Source: Anthoceros angustus (lineage: Eukaryota; Plantae; Anthocerotophyta). From it: DNA of 64,000 bases. Numbering within the stretch: the stretch's first letter is position 1; each line of letters opens with the position of its first letter. The notes under the pieces were generated by a model. That model was not told the DNA's origin. It worked only from the letters and a program-made list of their open reading frames with translations, and made no database searches. This document shows, piece after piece, positions 61,317 through 64,000 of the stretch. The stretch lies in contig MU008212.1 of NCBI GenBank assembly GCA_010909165.1, positions 1 through 64,000 of the forward strand, in the 5' to 3' direction. The position numbers and the translations under genes were made by a program.

Positions 61317-63061
61317 CTCCGTGCTGCTAATCTTTCACCGTCATTGGCCCTAGCATTCCAGCTTCCGTGCAGGGAACGTGTTCTCCGAGTACGGATTTCA
61401 CGTTGGGCTGCTGTGTTTTTCGTTCCATCCTTGAAGGTGTGCCATGGACCATCCTGCCGCTGCGTCTCTTCAAGCTTTGGTCATGGATCCAAACAAAATC
61501 TCCATACACTGCTGGAAATACCTTTGAGGCAACACATGTACACAAGAGGGGACAGGCTGGCTGTGGCATTCTGTAGCCTGAATAGGACTACCTAGTGAAA
61601 GGAAACAGCAGAAACAGGTCCCTTCAGACCTCCTTGATAGAGGAGCCAAACCGTCTTAAAGCACGGTTTCTAGGGCCTGCACAAACGCTCAGGTGTGAAG
61701 ACGATCTGCGAGATATCTGCGATCTCTGCCCAGTGAGTCTGCATACTGTTTACAGACTGGAAACTACACAGAAGAGACAAGGTCGGACCGGAACACCGGA
61801 GTAAACCGTTTTTCACTAAAATGTACCGCCCCCGTGCGGATAAGAACGCGCCTGCCCACGTTGTCCCGTTTGTGGCCCCGCTTTCCCCTCCTTCCGCCAG
61901 CCGGTCCGATGCGCTCCGGCCGCCACTTGTGGCCGTGCCAATTAAAGCGCAATTACTGGATATTATAAGAAGCATCCCAGAAAAAGCTGTCCAACTCCTC
62001 CTACGATGTTGCTTGCAGTCCGGTGGGATTTGGGCAGGTCTCATTCCCTCGCCGTATCAATAATCGAATCGTCCAGAAGCCAGCGTACAGAACCACTATG
62101 AAAAAAAAAAAGCCATCGTCAAGGACTTTAAAACCTGGATCCTTGATCCATTATGACAGGTAGTGTATGTATATTCGTAGCTGACAGCATTGGAGTAGGG
62201 ACCTGGGGAGGGCGGTGTTCGGGATAGGCACGCCGGACTCCCTTGTGCGACTTCTTGAGCGTAGGACGTATAAACTTTGATAGATGTAGTGGATTATATT
62301 AAATTTAATATATTAAATGGTAGGTTTGGGAGTCGATGTTAGATGGGAGCGGGGCGGTGGGAGAGAGTGGAATATCTGAATACACCTGAGAGAGAATGAA
62401 GGCGGAGGCGAACGGGGGGAATGGATGGGAGGAGTCGGGTCCGGGATGAATGCGCGTACATTGTGCTATTTATGGAATGGTTTAACCTGGAGGCCGGGCT
62501 GGAGATGATATCGGCGCTGAGTGGCCAGGTTGACCCATCCCCGTTTTCCATCGCACTTGCTGTTGCTGCCAGTGCCGAGCCGACGACGAGGCTGGCTAGG
62601 GCCGAAGGTGTCGACTCGGGCCCGTCCCTTCGTACCACCTTCCGCCTGCTGGCCGCTGCTTCGTGCGCCTGCCCGCCTGTGTGTGTTGTGTGTGTCTTTG
62701 GGAGAGACTGCCTCGTCTGCAGATCCTGCAGGGCATTATTCACATCGAGACGGGACCGGACGACCCCACCCTCTTCGTGTCGCAGATCACATCGAACTGT
62801 GCCATCACCGTCTCGTCCACTCCGAGCTGTGTGAGAGCGGAGATGAGATGAGGTGAGGTTTTGTGGGCGATAGAGAGGTTTGTGGGCGGTAAGAGATAGC
62901 CTTCCCGTATGCTGCTGGCAGGCCCGGTTGAGCGGCAGGAGGCGGAGGAGTACCTGGGCAAATGCGGTGCCTCGGCTCCTGCTGCTGCTGCTGCCGTGCG
63001 GGAGGAGGAGGGGCGGGAAGACAAGCAGGTGGGGTGGCGAAGATGACAAAGTTGGGTCGCC

Positions 63062-63155
63062 ATGGGGAATACATGCTTGGGTTCTAGTGCGACCCCGAAG
63101 GGCGGCTTCTTCGCCGGGTTCTCCTTCTCCCAACAAGGAGATTCACAGCACTGGG

Positions 63156-63186
<31 letters not shown>

Positions 63187-64000
63187 GGTGCAAGGGCTAC
63201 ATCAACAACAGCAGCAGCAGCAGCAGCATCAACAGCCGCCGCAGCAGACTCCGTCGGCCCACTCCCCGGCCTCTACCTTGTCCCCATCCCCCAAGTTCCA
63301 GTCCTGCGAGAATCTGGACTTCGAAAATTTCCCTCTCCCCACCCAGCAGCAGCAGTTCCAGCTGCAGCCGGTCCATCACCACCGGCGGGGTTCTGGGTCC
63401 GCGGCCAGGGAACGGGATCGAGATCGAGATCGGGAAGGCCAGGCATCCAATCTGGGGAACGGACTGGGACTCGGGGAGTACATCACGCAGCAGACGGCGC
63501 CGGCAGCGAAGCACATTCCGCCTGTTGCTGGCCACCAGAAGCAGAAGCAAAAGGAGGCACAGAACAGTGGTGGGGTATCTGTACCAGCGGCCTTGCCTCA
63601 GGTGCTGATTCCGGCGCCGGCTCAGCCCTCGGATCTGGGGCTCGTGCCAGTGCAGCAGCCTCGGCAGCTGCAGCAGGTGGCGGGGATGAGGAGGACGGAG
63701 TCTCCGCGGAGCCTGACGTCGAGCGTGCTGCAGAGGCGGACGGAGGACCTGCGGGATCTCTATGCCTTGGGCCGGAAGTTGGGGCAGGGGCAGTTCGGGA
63801 CCACGTACCTGTGCATCGAGAAGGCCACGGGGCGGGAGTACGCGTGCAAGAGCATCGCCAAGCGGAAGCTCATCTCGCAGGAGGATGTGGATGACGTGCG
63901 GCGGGAGATCCAGATCATGCACCACCTGTCCGGCCACCCCAACGTGGTGACAATCAAGGGCGCTTACGAGGACTCGCAGTCCGTGCACCTGGTGATGGAG
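63062..64000 (+). CDS. CPK: Calcium-dependent protein kinase, group I (CPK1/2-like); partial, runs off the window end
   Basis: Open frame from ATG 63062 (MGNTCLGS; G2 myristoylation and C5 palmitoylation pattern) through [27 protein letters not shown] and [16 protein letters not shown] to HLVME. Absent from the ORF track because no stop falls in the window. Confidence 0.96.
63160..63240 (+). repeat. CAG/CAA repeats encoding polyglutamine in the CDPK N-terminus
   Basis: (CAG)9 followed by a second Gln run of 8. Confidence 0.9.

Noticed and set aside
61592-61818. MITE-like element with TAGTGAAA inverted ends
   Set aside because: Only 8 bp of AT-rich match, no TSD and no second copy in the window.
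61821-63136. ORFs between ACX3 and CDPK (61821-62063, 62421-62834, 62339-63136)
   Set aside because: No domains or splice support; consistent with promoter/UTR low-complexity sequence.

Overview
Nuclear DNA of a land plant. Compact genes with ~75-130 bp introns and a possible PPR relic suggest a hornwort or similar non-seed plant (inference). Layout: (1) 1-17.0 kb is a retrotransposon nest: a two-LTR Copia inserted into the gag of an Athila/Tat-like Gypsy, plus internal tandem duplications. (2) 17.0-18.3 kb is a tandem array built from tRNA-Tyr 5' halves. (3) 18.7-22.9 kb holds an intact tryptophan synthase beta gene, head-to-head with an intact rhodanese-DSP-FHA phosphatase gene. (4) 23.9-59.9 kb is a ~17-19 kb head-to-tail duplication containing a fatty acyl-AMP ligase (FAAL), Gypsy relics, tRNA-Tyr relics, a germin-like gene, a TSD-flanked Copia with TG..TA LTRs, and the 5' part of ACX3. 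(5) The unique 3' part of ACX3 follows, then a group I CDPK with a long polyQ N-terminus that runs off the window end. Frameshifts concentrate in multi-copy DNA while unique genes are clean, so many indels, and possibly some duplications, may be long-read consensus or assembly errors. Coordinates and translations were read by eye; no searches were run. Most notable: the tRNA-half array and related tRNA-Tyr relics that share an upstream element, the rhodanese-DSP-FHA architecture, and an exact 33-bp antisense copy of germin coding sequence just downstream of the gene.
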